DNA from: Perkinsela sp. CCAP 1560/9
Lineage: Eukaryota; Protista; Euglenozoa: Kinetoplastea
Assembly: GCA_965644495.1 (NCBI GenBank)
Contig: CBFFSA010000013.1
Span: 186,001 to 250,000 of the forward strand
Reading direction: 5' to 3'
DNA length: 64,000 nt
In this document: positions 10,876 through 20,530 of the stretch, piece by piece
How the letters are laid out: each line of letters begins with the position of its first letter
How positions within the stretch are numbered: the stretch's first letter is position 1
Program-made: the position numbers and the translations under genes
The notes under the pieces: generated by a model
Database searches by the model: none
What the model saw: only the letters and a program-made list of their open reading frames with translations
Told to the model about the DNA's origin: nothing

Positions 10876-12777
10876 CTACATGCAACCCCAAAGGACCCAA
10901 AGAGTGACTAACACCCCATACACACCCCAGTGCAGTCTTCCTTGCGACAAAACTCCACTGTTTTGGGTGCCTTCTCTAGCGTAGTAGGACGCCTCCGAGA
11001 GATCAGCCCCTTCACTTAACGCCCGGGTGCAGATGTCACTCGCGGGGGGACAGTGAATGATTCCCACATAACCATCCGGGGCGGCAATATCTCCGGCAGA
11101 CCCATTCAGCGGACAGCGTAGCCAATCGGTCGTGTGTGCCACCCGCAACTCCACTCGAGTACCCCCCGGACAACGGGTCTCGAAACACCGCGGTGAGATG
11201 CGATTCGCGTACGTTGAGGGGGCGTGCTGGGAGCGAAACCCGCCCTCTTTCTCCGCCTCCCCCGAGGTCTCGAAACACCGACTTGATACGCTAAAAATGT
11301 TTCCCTTCCCCGAGGTCACGACGCCTAGTTCCTCATTCACACACAACGTGTTGCTATCCCCGACATACGTCGGACAAAAGTCCATGTGGGGAATAACCCC
11401 ACCCTTGTGCGCGTCCCCCGGAAAGTACTGATAACTCTCCGGCAGCGCAAACGGGTAGGAGTGTGTCAGGCAGATCCCCGCCCCCAGGCGGTCGGTGGTA
11501 CACCCAAACGTGTTGTCCTTCCAACAAAAATACCGATCCCGCCCTCCAACCACCGTGTCACAACGTTGCTCAATAAACCCACACCCCGCGGCTCTTCCAT
11601 AACTCAACTCCGCGGGCTCACTACACACCCTGTAATCCACATCATAGTGTCCACTGTCCTCAAAAAAAGCCAACGTCATCGGGGAAAGCCCCAGGGTCAC
11701 ATCGGTGGGACTCGTTGTCCCCGTCATCAGTTCATTCCCCATGACCCGTTTATCCCAATGCGAAAGCGCGGTGGCCCCTCCACCCACATCCTCCATTTCC
11801 AGGAACGTGAGATTGGAGCAGTTAAAATACACCTGGGCCTGGGCCACCACGTGGGGGGTCACCATCCCAATCGTTTGCTTCCCCCGCACCTCGACACTAC
11901 GAAACGGGCTCTGGTTGGGGGGGAGAAACCCAATCCGGGCATAGGGGAAACCAAACCCCAGGGCGTGCAGGATCTCATGCAACGCGACCCGGACGTTCCG
12001 CAGCAGCATGTCGTCGGTGCCCGCAAGCCTTGCGGGGGCGAAGTTCACGTGGCCGACGAGCGGACGACCCCGGGGTCCGATCTCACACGGGAGCGCCCAA
12101 GCGAGGGTGTCGGCGCTGTCCATGGGGACCGCGGTGACGTAGAGCACAAAGTCGGTGTCGGGGACGCCGGTGAGGGAGTGGGAGGGGTTCGTACTGACAT
12201 GGCCGAAACAGGGGCGCTCACTGGTACGGAGGGGGGAGGTGAGGGGGGTGACCCGGAGCGCGGCGTGGATCACGGCCAGGGCTTTGCGCAGGACGGTGTG
12301 GAGGAGGTAGTCTTTTTTAGCCTCGGTAAGGACGTCCTCGGGGGTGCAGGTGACGTTGGAGAATTGGAAGCTGGAGCGTATGTCACCGGGTTGGGTGCAG
12401 TACCGGGCGGGGTTTTCCAGGTCGATGGTGCTGAGCGCGATGCGCATGTTGCGACGACGTGGGGGGTGGGGAGCACGGGCTGCGGGTGGGGGAGTGGGCT
12501 CCCCGGGTTGGAATACGGTGCGTAGGGTGCTGTTGGGGAGGTGGAGGGAGTGGTGGGTGAGGACCTCGTTGTGAATGCAACGGTGGGCGAAGGCTGAGGT
12601 GGGGGTGTCGGCGGTGTGGAACAAGCAGGCTTGTACCAGGAAGGACACGTACAAGAGTAAGGGTTGCATCGCAGGTGTAAGAATATAAGAATGAAAAATG
12701 TTAGAGATTGCTTTTTGTATAATATTCATGAATTTCTCGACCATATTCGAATCATACGATTTAATTTTACCCATCAT
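10876..12777 (-). CDS. GP63: GP63/leishmanolysin (peptidase M8) surface metalloprotease; probable start at 12669
   Basis: Signal peptide MQPLLLYVSF, pro-peptide HRCIH, HEILHALGF, LEMEDVGGGATALSHW, NELM, TLAFFEDSGHY, Cys-rich C-domain, hydrophobic GPI-type tail. Confidence 0.95.
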   Translation of the reverse strand: MMGKIKSYDSNMVEKFMNIIQKAISNIFHSYILTPAMQPLLLYVSFLVQACLFHTADTPTSAFAHRCIHNEVLTHHSLHLPNSTLRTVFQPGEPTPPPAARAPHPPRRRNMRIALSTIDLENPARYCTQPGDIRSSFQFSNVTCTPEDVLTEAKKDYLLHTVLRKALAVIHAALRVTPLTSPLRTSERPCFGHVSTNPSHSLTGVPDTDFVLYVTAVPMDSADTLAWALPCEIGPRGRPLVGHVNFAPARLAGTDDMLLRNVRVALHEILHALGFGFPYARIGFLPPNQSPFRSVEVRGKQTIGMVTPHVVAQAQVYFNCSNLTFLEMEDVGGGATALSHWDKRVMGNELMTGTTSPTDVTLGLSPMTLAFFEDSGHYDVDYRVCSEPAELSYGRAAGCGFIEQRCDTVVGGRDRYFCWKDNTFGCTTDRLGAGICLTHSYPFALPESYQYFPGDAHKGGVIPHMDFCPTYVGDSNTLCVNEELGVVTSGKGNIFSVSSRCFETSGEAEKEGGFRSQHAPSTYANRISPRCFETRCPGGTRVELRVAHTTDWLRCPLNGSAGDIAAPDGYVGIIHCPPASDICTRALSEGADLSEASYYAREGTQNSGVLSQGRLHWGVYGVLVTLWVLWGCM

Positions 12778-12999
12778 GCCTAAACTCTATTGTGTGTATA
12801 AAACCTATTGTATGTATAAAATGTATAAAAAGCAAAAAAATATTGAGTGATGGAAGATGAATGAAAAAGGAGTAAGATCCAGGGGCTGCTAAAATTTCGA
12901 ATAAGTAGAATGCACATCACTATAAACATTTTTCTACTGATCTAGAAACATCTAAAAAAGTTGTACAAGGAAGGCTAGATAGTCCTGCACGCGGCAGAG

Positions 13000-15219
13000 T
13001 TAGGTACCCAATGCGAATATCCAGTCTGTTAGAAAGGTCCATAATCTGTTTCTCCTCGGGGATTCACATTGACCTTGTGTACTGTTCGATTGGACAACTA
13101 GATTAGTGGGTGATACCACACTCTCTTGAATTCCGGGTGCCTCTTGTTGAAATAAGGCACCTGAGCCTTCCGGTAAACTTTGTACGAGAGGTAGATCACC
13201 CTGAAATCCGATATCCTGCGCGATAGGCAAACTCAGCAAATCGGATACGCGTGTCATTCCGTCCTCCATTGCACTATCGTCGATAAGTGGTAAGGACTCT
13301 GGAACTCCAGGTTTGACATTGTCTAAAACATCGGTGCTGTTTCCTGCCTCCTCCACCCCAGTAGAGTTGCTTACTCTCGTTACGTTACCGGTGCCTTCCG
13401 GCACACTATCTGTCACCGTTTCTGAGTTCGTTTGATTGCTTGCACGAGTTTCTGTCACATTGCCCGTGGGATCTGTGCTAAATTCACTTTCCGATTCAGT
13501 GTCTTCCTTAACTTTTTGTAGTTCCTCCTTTACGATATCTTCTGTCACAAATAGTTTCGTAGTACAAACCTCCGATGCCGGAGGGCAGAAAATTTGTCCT
13601 ACATAACCCGGGATCCCGGTGAGTACCCCAGGGGAGCCATCTTCGGGACAGAGCAGCCAGGTAGCGTTCTGCCCAAGCCGAAGCTCCACCCGTCTCCCGC
13701 CCGGGCACCGCGTCTCGAAACAACGAGGTGAGTTGCGGTTCAGCGCGCTCGGGGGCGTTCCCTGGGCATGGAAGCCCCAGGTAAAGTTCGACTCGTTTTC
13801 AGGTTTTCGCGCCCCAGCGGTCTCAAAACAACGACTGGAGGTGGAGAAAAAATTCCCCGACTGCGCGGCATAGCGCTCCGCCTGGTTATTTGGGTTCACA
13901 CAAACCATCTCCGGAATCGCCTTTGGGACGGGGCAGTAATCCATGCTTCGGAAATACCCCCCAATAGTGGGCTCCTTGGGAAAATACTGAAACGCCGTCT
14001 CCAATGGCTCCTCATGGTTAATGATCGCACATACCCCCGCCGCCACGTGGTTCGGCATACACGACAACGTAAACGGGTGCCAGCAAAAATACCGATCCCG
14101 TCCCCCGTCCTCCGTGTTACACCGTTGCTCAATAAACCCACACCCCGCGGCGCGTCCATACCTCAGCTCCCCCGGTTCACTACACACGGCGTAATCCACC
14201 TCGTAGTGCCCGCTGTCCTCAAAAAAAGCCAACGTCATCGGGGAAAGCCCCAGCGCCACATCCGCCGGGCTGACCCCCTCCGTCATCAGCTCCCCATTCA
14301 GGACCCGTCGGGTCCAGTACCCCGTGACATCGAGCTCGAGCGCGTCTAACGAGGAGCAGTTGAAGTAGTCTCTCGCTTTTTCGACAATGCTCGGGGAGGT
14401 GATCCCGAGGGTCTGGTGTTCCCGAACCGTGAGGGCACGCAGCGCGCCCTGGTTCGGGGGGAGGAACCCGTAGAGCGCAAAGTGGAGCGAGAACCCGAGC
14501 GCGCGGAAGAGTTCCCGCGTGACCAGCCGGGTGAGTCGCCCCGGGGGTTGTTGGGGGTCGAGGTACCGTGGACTGAGGTTTAGGACCCCCACGGTGGGAC
14601 GACGGGAGGCGTCGGATTCGCACATGAGCCCCGTGGCCTGGATCTCCATCCCGGGGTAGGGGCGCGCGGTGACGTAGAGAATAAAGTCGGTGTGGGGGAA
14701 GCCGAGCTCCCAGTCGGTGGGGGCTGAGGTGACGTGACCAAAACAGGGGGTAGGGCTGGTGTGGAGAGGGGGACGTGGCCGGGAGACTTTAAGAGCACGA
14801 GAGGCGAGATCGGTGGCCTCGTGGAGCGCGTGGAGGAGGAGGGCTTTCTTCTCCTCCGTGAGCACGTCCGCGGGTCGACAAATCGTGGTGCCGAGATCAA
14901 AGGAGGTGCGCTTGTCTCCGGGGACGGAGCAGAATTTAGAGGGGTCGTCCAAGTCACGTGTGCTGAGGTGAATGCGAAGAGGCTGGCGTGTCGGAGAGGA
15001 GGCTTCGTGCTGGAACGGAGACAGAGGGTTATGTTTAGGAGTTTGCTGCCCCTTTTGCTGAGGTACGGATTTAATTCCTTGCGGGGGGTGTAGAGGGGCA
15101 AAGAGGTCATTTGAGTAAACCGTATCGTGAAGCCATTCGGCGTCGGATTTAGAGTAGGCTCGTCGGGAAGTAGCGAGCTCTGTGAGAGCCACCAGTAAGA
15201 GTGTGTACCGCAGTGTCAT
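13000..15219 (-). CDS. GP63-like paralogue lacking the zinc ligands, with a Ser/Thr/Glu-rich stalk
   Basis: Collinear with the neighbouring GP63, but HExxH reads RELFR and SHW reads GYW; signal peptide present. Confidence 0.9.
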   Translation of the reverse strand: MTLRYTLLLVALTELATSRRAYSKSDAEWLHDTVYSNDLFAPLHPPQGIKSVPQQKGQQTPKHNPLSPFQHEASSPTRQPLRIHLSTRDLDDPSKFCSVPGDKRTSFDLGTTICRPADVLTEEKKALLLHALHEATDLASRALKVSRPRPPLHTSPTPCFGHVTSAPTDWELGFPHTDFILYVTARPYPGMEIQATGLMCESDASRRPTVGVLNLSPRYLDPQQPPGRLTRLVTRELFRALGFSLHFALYGFLPPNQGALRALTVREHQTLGITSPSIVEKARDYFNCSSLDALELDVTGYWTRRVLNGELMTEGVSPADVALGLSPMTLAFFEDSGHYEVDYAVCSEPGELRYGRAAGCGFIEQRCNTEDGGRDRYFCWHPFTLSCMPNHVAAGVCAIINHEEPLETAFQYFPKEPTIGGYFRSMDYCPVPKAIPEMVCVNPNNQAERYAAQSGNFFSTSSRCFETAGARKPENESNFTWGFHAQGTPPSALNRNSPRCFETRCPGGRRVELRLGQNATWLLCPEDGSPGVLTGIPGYVGQIFCPPASEVCTTKLFVTEDIVKEELQKVKEDTESESEFSTDPTGNVTETRASNQTNSETVTDSVPEGTGNVTRVSNSTGVEEAGNSTDVLDNVKPGVPESLPLIDDSAMEDGMTRVSDLLSLPIAQDIGFQGDLPLVQSLPEGSGALFQQEAPGIQESVVSPTNLVVQSNSTQGQCESPRRNRLWTFLTDWIFALGT

Positions 15220-15407
15220 GGGGTAATACTAAACAAGAATAGAAAAGCTAAAGTTTTGATATCACAGACTCTCTTCCAAGAATCATAATATTGTATGTTT
15301 GAAAGAATGTAGATATCTTGAGACTCCAGCTCATCACTCTTGAAAACACTTTTCCAATTGAAAGCAAGCTCAGCCCCTCAGCAGGTCACGCCACATACCT
15401 GTCACAC

Positions 15408-16097
15408 CTACATTTGTGTCAACACCAGGGCGGTAATATTATGCCCCGCGGTGGCAAGCCCGGAACCCACCAGCCACACCACCCCGAGCGGGAGTAACAT
15501 GTAGGGTTGGATCGGGAGCAGTGGGAGCTCCAGCAACCCACGATACACGATATACCCCCAGTAGGAGGAGGCGAGGGCCCAGAGCGTGTTGGCGCAAAGA
15601 CACGCCAGTATCCCGGGCCGTAGCACCAGCCACAGCAGATAGTGCTGCACGACGTAGAGCAGAAGGAACGGGGGGAAGAACGCGCTGGTGGCAATATCCC
15701 AGCAGTACAGCCACTCGACATCACGTCGGACCTCATTGAGATAGGGACGACGGGTACGGATGTATCGATTGCATCCGTACCATAAAAATGTGGTGAACAG
15801 CACGCACCCGGTAAGGTAGAACCCGCAGAGGTGAAGCAACAGCGCGTGAAGAAGATGGGAGAGGGAAACGTGAAAGGTAAGTCCCCAGGCCAGGGAGGCT
15901 GCGGCCAGAAACGCAAGCTGGAGCAACACGAATGCAGGTTCCTCCCGGGCGTAAAAGTTTTTGGTCATTTTTCGCACTTTTGCGGCACGAAAGACCAGGG
16001 AGGGACGGGAAAGGAGTTGTAACATTTGACTAAGAGCGTTGTCGAAATCAAGGCGGTCCAGGCGGGTGGCACGCCTGAGGTAGAGGGAAGGCTTCAT
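15408..16097 (-). CDS. UNC50: UNC-50/Gmh1 family Golgi membrane protein
   Basis: LDFDNALSQM..L..P..VFR, TKNFYAREEPAF, VEWLYCWDI..AFFP; several TM segments. Confidence 0.9.
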   Translation of the reverse strand: MKPSLYLRRATRLDRLDFDNALSQMLQLLSRPSLVFRAAKVRKMTKNFYAREEPAFVLLQLAFLAAASLAWGLTFHVSLSHLLHALLLHLCGFYLTGCVLFTTFLWYGCNRYIRTRRPYLNEVRRDVEWLYCWDIATSAFFPPFLLLYVVQHYLLWLVLRPGILACLCANTLWALASSYWGYIVYRGLLELPLLPIQPYMLLPLGVVWLVGSGLATAGHNITALVLTQM

Positions 16098-16358
16098 GGA
16101 GGGTGGAAGAATTCGTTCTTTTTAAAGTTGTGAAAACGGCACTTTAGAACGAAAATAGCATACAGTTGTATAAATGAACTTTACTGTAAATAACATAAAG
16201 TAGTGCATGAAGCGTATCATATGGAAGTTTCACCCAATAGGCTGAAAACAAGTATAACACACGTCGTCATCCACCATATCTTTGATGGAATATTTCTGTA
16301 CGATGAGGCGTACGATTTCTACCTATCAAAACAACTTGTGATTCTAACCAGCCATTTT

Positions 16359-17429
16359 TCAAACTATCTTCGTTTTTGCCTCTACATTTTCTGCGTACTT
16401 TCTCATTCTTCGTATTCGGTCTAATTTTTCTTTGATCATGCGAATTTTCCTATCATACTTATACAATCGGCCTTTTTCTGAATTTAAGATGCGTAATGAT
16501 ATCATGTTGGCGGTATGCAATTTGTGGTACAAAAGCTTCATCTTGAAAGTCAAGTCCCGATAGCCGTTCGTGAGCAGTTTCAGCTCGTGTGCGTTTTGTG
16601 AAAATTTGCCTTTCATTTCTGGGATTGTAAGTGGGGTCGGGGTTGGCTTCCGAAATGGAGTCAACGCGGTACTTGGAACGCTTGTATCCTTCAACGACAG
16701 TTCTTCACATTCCGCCTTCGAACTGCTTAATTGATTTTTCGCATTGGAAGATTCCTCAATAGTTTCCTCGTCAAGAGAAAATTTATCGAAGGACTCTTCA
16801 GAGGAGCCATCGGGTGCAATACCCGAACCTGCCGCTGTTACCGCTTGAGGATTGATGTTTGGGTTGCTTTCCATGTTGACCGGTGATGCATTCGTGGGAT
16901 CTTGCAAAAGAAGTCGGGCTAAATGCTTCTCCCTATTTTTCCGATGTCTATCCTTGTCACTGGTTTTCGAGCCTTGCGCATTCGCCATAACTTCCGACTC
17001 TTCCTCCTCTAGTACGAACTGCTCTAAATCATTCGGAAGAGATGTGGACACTATTTCTCCTGTAGTCTCTTCAAGGTTGGATGAAGAAAGTGGAGGAAGA
17101 TTTTTTGTTTCTTCATCCGAGTCGTATTCCCGAAGAAAGCTTGGGGTGTAGGAAGATGTTGGAGTTTTAATGACACCGCGACGTTTAGTGCTGATTCGAC
17201 TGCTCGTTTCGCGTAAACGGGAAGCAATAGTTGAAGTAGGAGTCGGTCTGGGAGAAGAGCAGACGTATTCCACTGTCTTTCTTGAACGTGTAATCGCAGG
17301 AATTGATGTTTTAATTTCAATGCGAGACTCTGTTGGCTGAGTAGTGTGTTTGCGAGAGTGTGTTGACCGAGAACGCAGGAAGCGAGTAAAAAAGAAGTGA
17401 TGGCGAAGAAAGGAAAAAGATCGTTCCAT
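16359..17429 (-). CDS. Hypothetical protein with a mitochondrial-presequence-like N-terminus and a C-terminal coiled coil
   Basis: 356-aa ORF on the cluster strand; R/F/S-rich start, acidic middle, basic helical end. Confidence 0.65.
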   Translation of the reverse strand: MERSFSFLRHHFFFTRFLRSRSTHSRKHTTQPTESRIEIKTSIPAITRSRKTVEYVCSSPRPTPTSTIASRLRETSSRISTKRRGVIKTPTSSYTPSFLREYDSDEETKNLPPLSSSNLEETTGEIVSTSLPNDLEQFVLEEEESEVMANAQGSKTSDKDRHRKNREKHLARLLLQDPTNASPVNMESNPNINPQAVTAAGSGIAPDGSSEESFDKFSLDEETIEESSNAKNQLSSSKAECEELSLKDTSVPSTALTPFRKPTPTPLTIPEMKGKFSQNAHELKLLTNGYRDLTFKMKLLYHKLHTANMISLRILNSEKGRLYKYDRKIRMIKEKLDRIRRMRKYAENVEAKTKIV

Positions 17430-17913
17430 GGATGTTCAAACTTCCCCGTTTCTTATTGAACTAGTGAAGTCTTCTCCTTAGGGAACATGTAAGTAGGGAG
17501 CATCGACTAAATGCGTACGAAAGAAAAAAAATTGTAATCCAGTGGAAATATATACTAAAACTTTATATTGTATATGAGATACAAATTTCCATTTTTAGAA
17601 AGCGCAGAAGTCACCGCTTAAAAAAACTTCTAAGAACTTATTTGCATCTTCACAAAAACTTGCAAAAATGCATGTGCAACACCACAAAAAAGAGATTTAA
17701 AAAGAGAAAGTAGAAACACTTATTAAGAACCTGAACAAACGGTTCGCAACAATTGAATTGCAATTGCTGTAGGCATCATACTGGCACGAATATATGAATT
17801 TTTTTTATCCTAATTTTGATACGAAAAAACAGATTTTCGTGTTAAATGCACTACGTTCCATTCTTTTAAAGACTACGTATCGGCCGAAATACGAACTGGA
17901 TCCACATTATCAC

Positions 17914-18513
17914 TTAGGACACTTCACACCATGCATTTTCTTCTCGGATACGTGCTTCTTCTTCCGGTGTAAAGTCGTTCTTGATTCCGAACAAAGTCCG
18001 TATCTCCTCAACAGACTTGCCCCGGATCATTGACGCCACAGATGCACTTGTTAGGTCAATCAAATCTTGGATATGCAAGTAGTTCGCGGCGCTCAAAACA
18101 GCCAACAATGTACCGTGCTTTGATTCATCACCGTTTTCTAGCAACGAATTTGTAAGAAAATTAAAGTCCCATTCCCCAATCACTTCTTTTATTGGGGCAC
18201 GTAGTGGCTTCTCTATGGCCGGGGCCTTTTCCTGTACATGATGCTCCATGTAAGTGATCACATGGACTAACATATCCGCTGGGACACCGGGTACAGGGAC
18301 CACTACAGGAGTAGTTCTTCTGTGTTCTGCGCTGGTATACTTTCCACTTGATACAGATGTGAGCGCTCCGATCAATACAACAGACTGTTTTGTAGCCTCG
18401 CGGGTGATACAAAACTCCTGCGGTGGAGTGTCGTTGCTTTGAAGAACAATGTACTTCCCGAAATCCACGTCGGGATACGGTGCCTGTACGGCCTGCGGTG
18501 TCTTAATTGTCAT
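17914..18513 (-). CDS. SKP1: SKP1 family SCF adaptor
   Basis: AANYLHIQDLIDL, ASMIRGKSVEEIRTLFGIKNDFTPEEEARIREENAW. Confidence 0.96.
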   Translation of the reverse strand: MTIKTPQAVQAPYPDVDFGKYIVLQSNDTPPQEFCITREATKQSVVLIGALTSVSSGKYTSAEHRRTTPVVVPVPGVPADMLVHVITYMEHHVQEKAPAIEKPLRAPIKEVIGEWDFNFLTNSLLENGDESKHGTLLAVLSAANYLHIQDLIDLTSASVASMIRGKSVEEIRTLFGIKNDFTPEEEARIREENAWCEVS

Positions 18514-19279
18514 TAGAACAATATATTGGTAAAATTGGGTTATATCTAGAGATTAAAAATCTAATCAAATTAAAAAAGAAGAAAAAGACCAAAATTCTTT
18601 GTATATTTTTGTACACCAGTTCTATTTTTTTGAAAAAAAGGAAATATTCACCTTGGTCGCATCTGGAATTGAATTCTTGAGAGAACAGAATAAACCATTT
18701 TTAGGTCCAACATATTCACTCAAGTTTATACATAAAACGTATAAATACAATATATAGAATGTATAAATTCTCTCTACTATATACACGTTTGCCGCCATTG
18801 AAACGTGGCGGCCGAAATTATTTGGGCGTTGCCACGTTGTATGGCGATGTCAATGACCATCATAGCATGGCAGAGAAAGCCGTAACTGTCCGAGGTGTAC
18901 CCTCCGCACTTCTGTAGAAATGCGAGTTTCATTTCCGGGAACACCGAATGCAGTAAATGCTAACTAAGTATAGCTTGGCTAGTCCCCGCTCGGGGATCAG
19001 ACACGCGCACTTCCTGTAGGAGGGAAGGTCCGACGTCAACCCTCTCATGCAGCGCGAGTAGTACAGTGTATCTTGTTATCATATCTCTTTTAATATTTTT
19101 TCCACTATCATACATGTATGTTACGGTTTCACGCTGTACAAATATGCATTTAAAAAATGACTTCAGTTTTATTATAAACAAAACTTTTGTACTAACACCC
19201 AGACCTTCTAGTAACACTATTTAGGAATTACCCCTTCCCGATTATGGATCCATCGACACTGCATCATGCGAACCGTAGT

Positions 19280-19512
19280 CTCTGTGCGGCAGAGCCTTTG
19301 GCTCACAGTTTCGTCTCCCTTCGGGGAGTCGGGACTCCGCCTTCTGGGCGGGGGAGCCTCTGGCTTTTTTCATTTCGTTTTTCCCTTCGGGGAGTGGAGG
19401 ATCGTTGGAGTTAGGAGTCCGGAAGTTTTTGCGTAGCCTACTTTTCTCACCTGGCGGTCCCCCAGGTGGATGGATGGCTGAGCATACATGTATGGATCGC
19501 CCCCCGACGGGA
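19280..19512 (+). ncRNA. Unidentified structured-RNA-like element
   Basis: Consecutive hairpins, two cUUCGg loops, G-U pairs favouring the + strand, a duplicated two-hairpin module, T6 run at 19365-19370. Confidence 0.35.
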
Positions 19513-19714
19513 CAAATACTTTATATGAATTATAGAGCAATGATAATTTATATTGTACCCAAAAAAATATTGTTTCCATTTTTCAGTGTCTCGATTATAG
19601 AGCTTTCAATACTTGTTTTTCCTTGGTTTTCCTGACATGTGCACCTGTCCTGACCTTCCTGACCTTCGCTGAGTCCTCAGATGGAAGCATGATGGGGATA
19701 TTCCGCAAGATTTT

Positions 19715-19995
19715 GTGTCCTTCGTAAAGAATCACGGAGTAGTGCTGGATGAACTTTTCCTTAATCATAAGACATCAGGTTCACCACATAAAAGAAATAA
19801 GTTTCTCGGCGTATGTTGGAGAAGGAATGGAAACGCAAAGTGTCGAAAGCGATTAAGCAGTTTGGCTCCTTATTTTTCGGCTCAGCAAAAGATGTCAAAG
19901 ATGAAATTCATATTCTGGATTAAGCTATGTCAGAGGGTCGAAATGTCTAGTATAGCTTCCCAGTGTATGGTCAGCCGGGTGACTGCTTTTTGGCA
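19715..19995 (+). pseudogene. Possible Merlin (ISXO2/IS1016-like) transposase N-terminal fragment
   Basis: C..R....KCRKRLS..F..QKMS..FW..SSIASQCMVSRVTAFW resembles the Zn-ribbon/HTH region of Merlin transposases. Confidence 0.4.
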
Positions 19996-20530
19996 TAATG
20001 GCCACTTTTGGTGTTCATCTACATCTTGGAGGGGGGGCTATGGTGATAGGCAGAATATGGCAGAATGCGGCACAATATGGCAAAATTCAACTGAAACTGA
20101 CTCACTTCAGAGGAAATCGCTGATTGAACCGCGAACAATACCGTTCCCAACGGTTCTGAAATACACACCCTCACGATGCAAGATCGCTTGGAGATTTGTC
20201 GCCCGCCTCTAAGCGTAACACAGATGTGTCCCAAATGCGCAACACCAAAATGGAAGATTATGAGGACTAGGAGTAAAGGTGAAGCTCACTACCATGCATA
20301 GAACGTAAAACGGGGCGGGCGGTGTAAAAAACGGGAGCATGGCTTTAACTTCCAGCGTCAAATAGCTATGGAGGAAGTGAACACTAAAATGGCAGAGGCC
20401 GTGGACGAAATTCTTGAGTGAAAGGTGATACCATCTCACACCTAAAAATCTCACACCTAAAAAACGTAAATCTAGAACACGCGTATGTCAATAAATATTT
20501 TTCACGTAGCAAAGGCAAGAAACGAGCTTT

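Noticed and set aside
19278-19345. Hammerhead-like GAGTC...GACGAAAC on the - strand
   Set aside because: No CUGANGA core and no NUH cleavage triplet; G-U pairs favour the other strand
19019-19440. RNase P-like GGAAGGUC and SRP-like GUCCGGAAG words
   Set aside because: Partner motifs (P4/CR-V, helix-8 symmetric loop) not found
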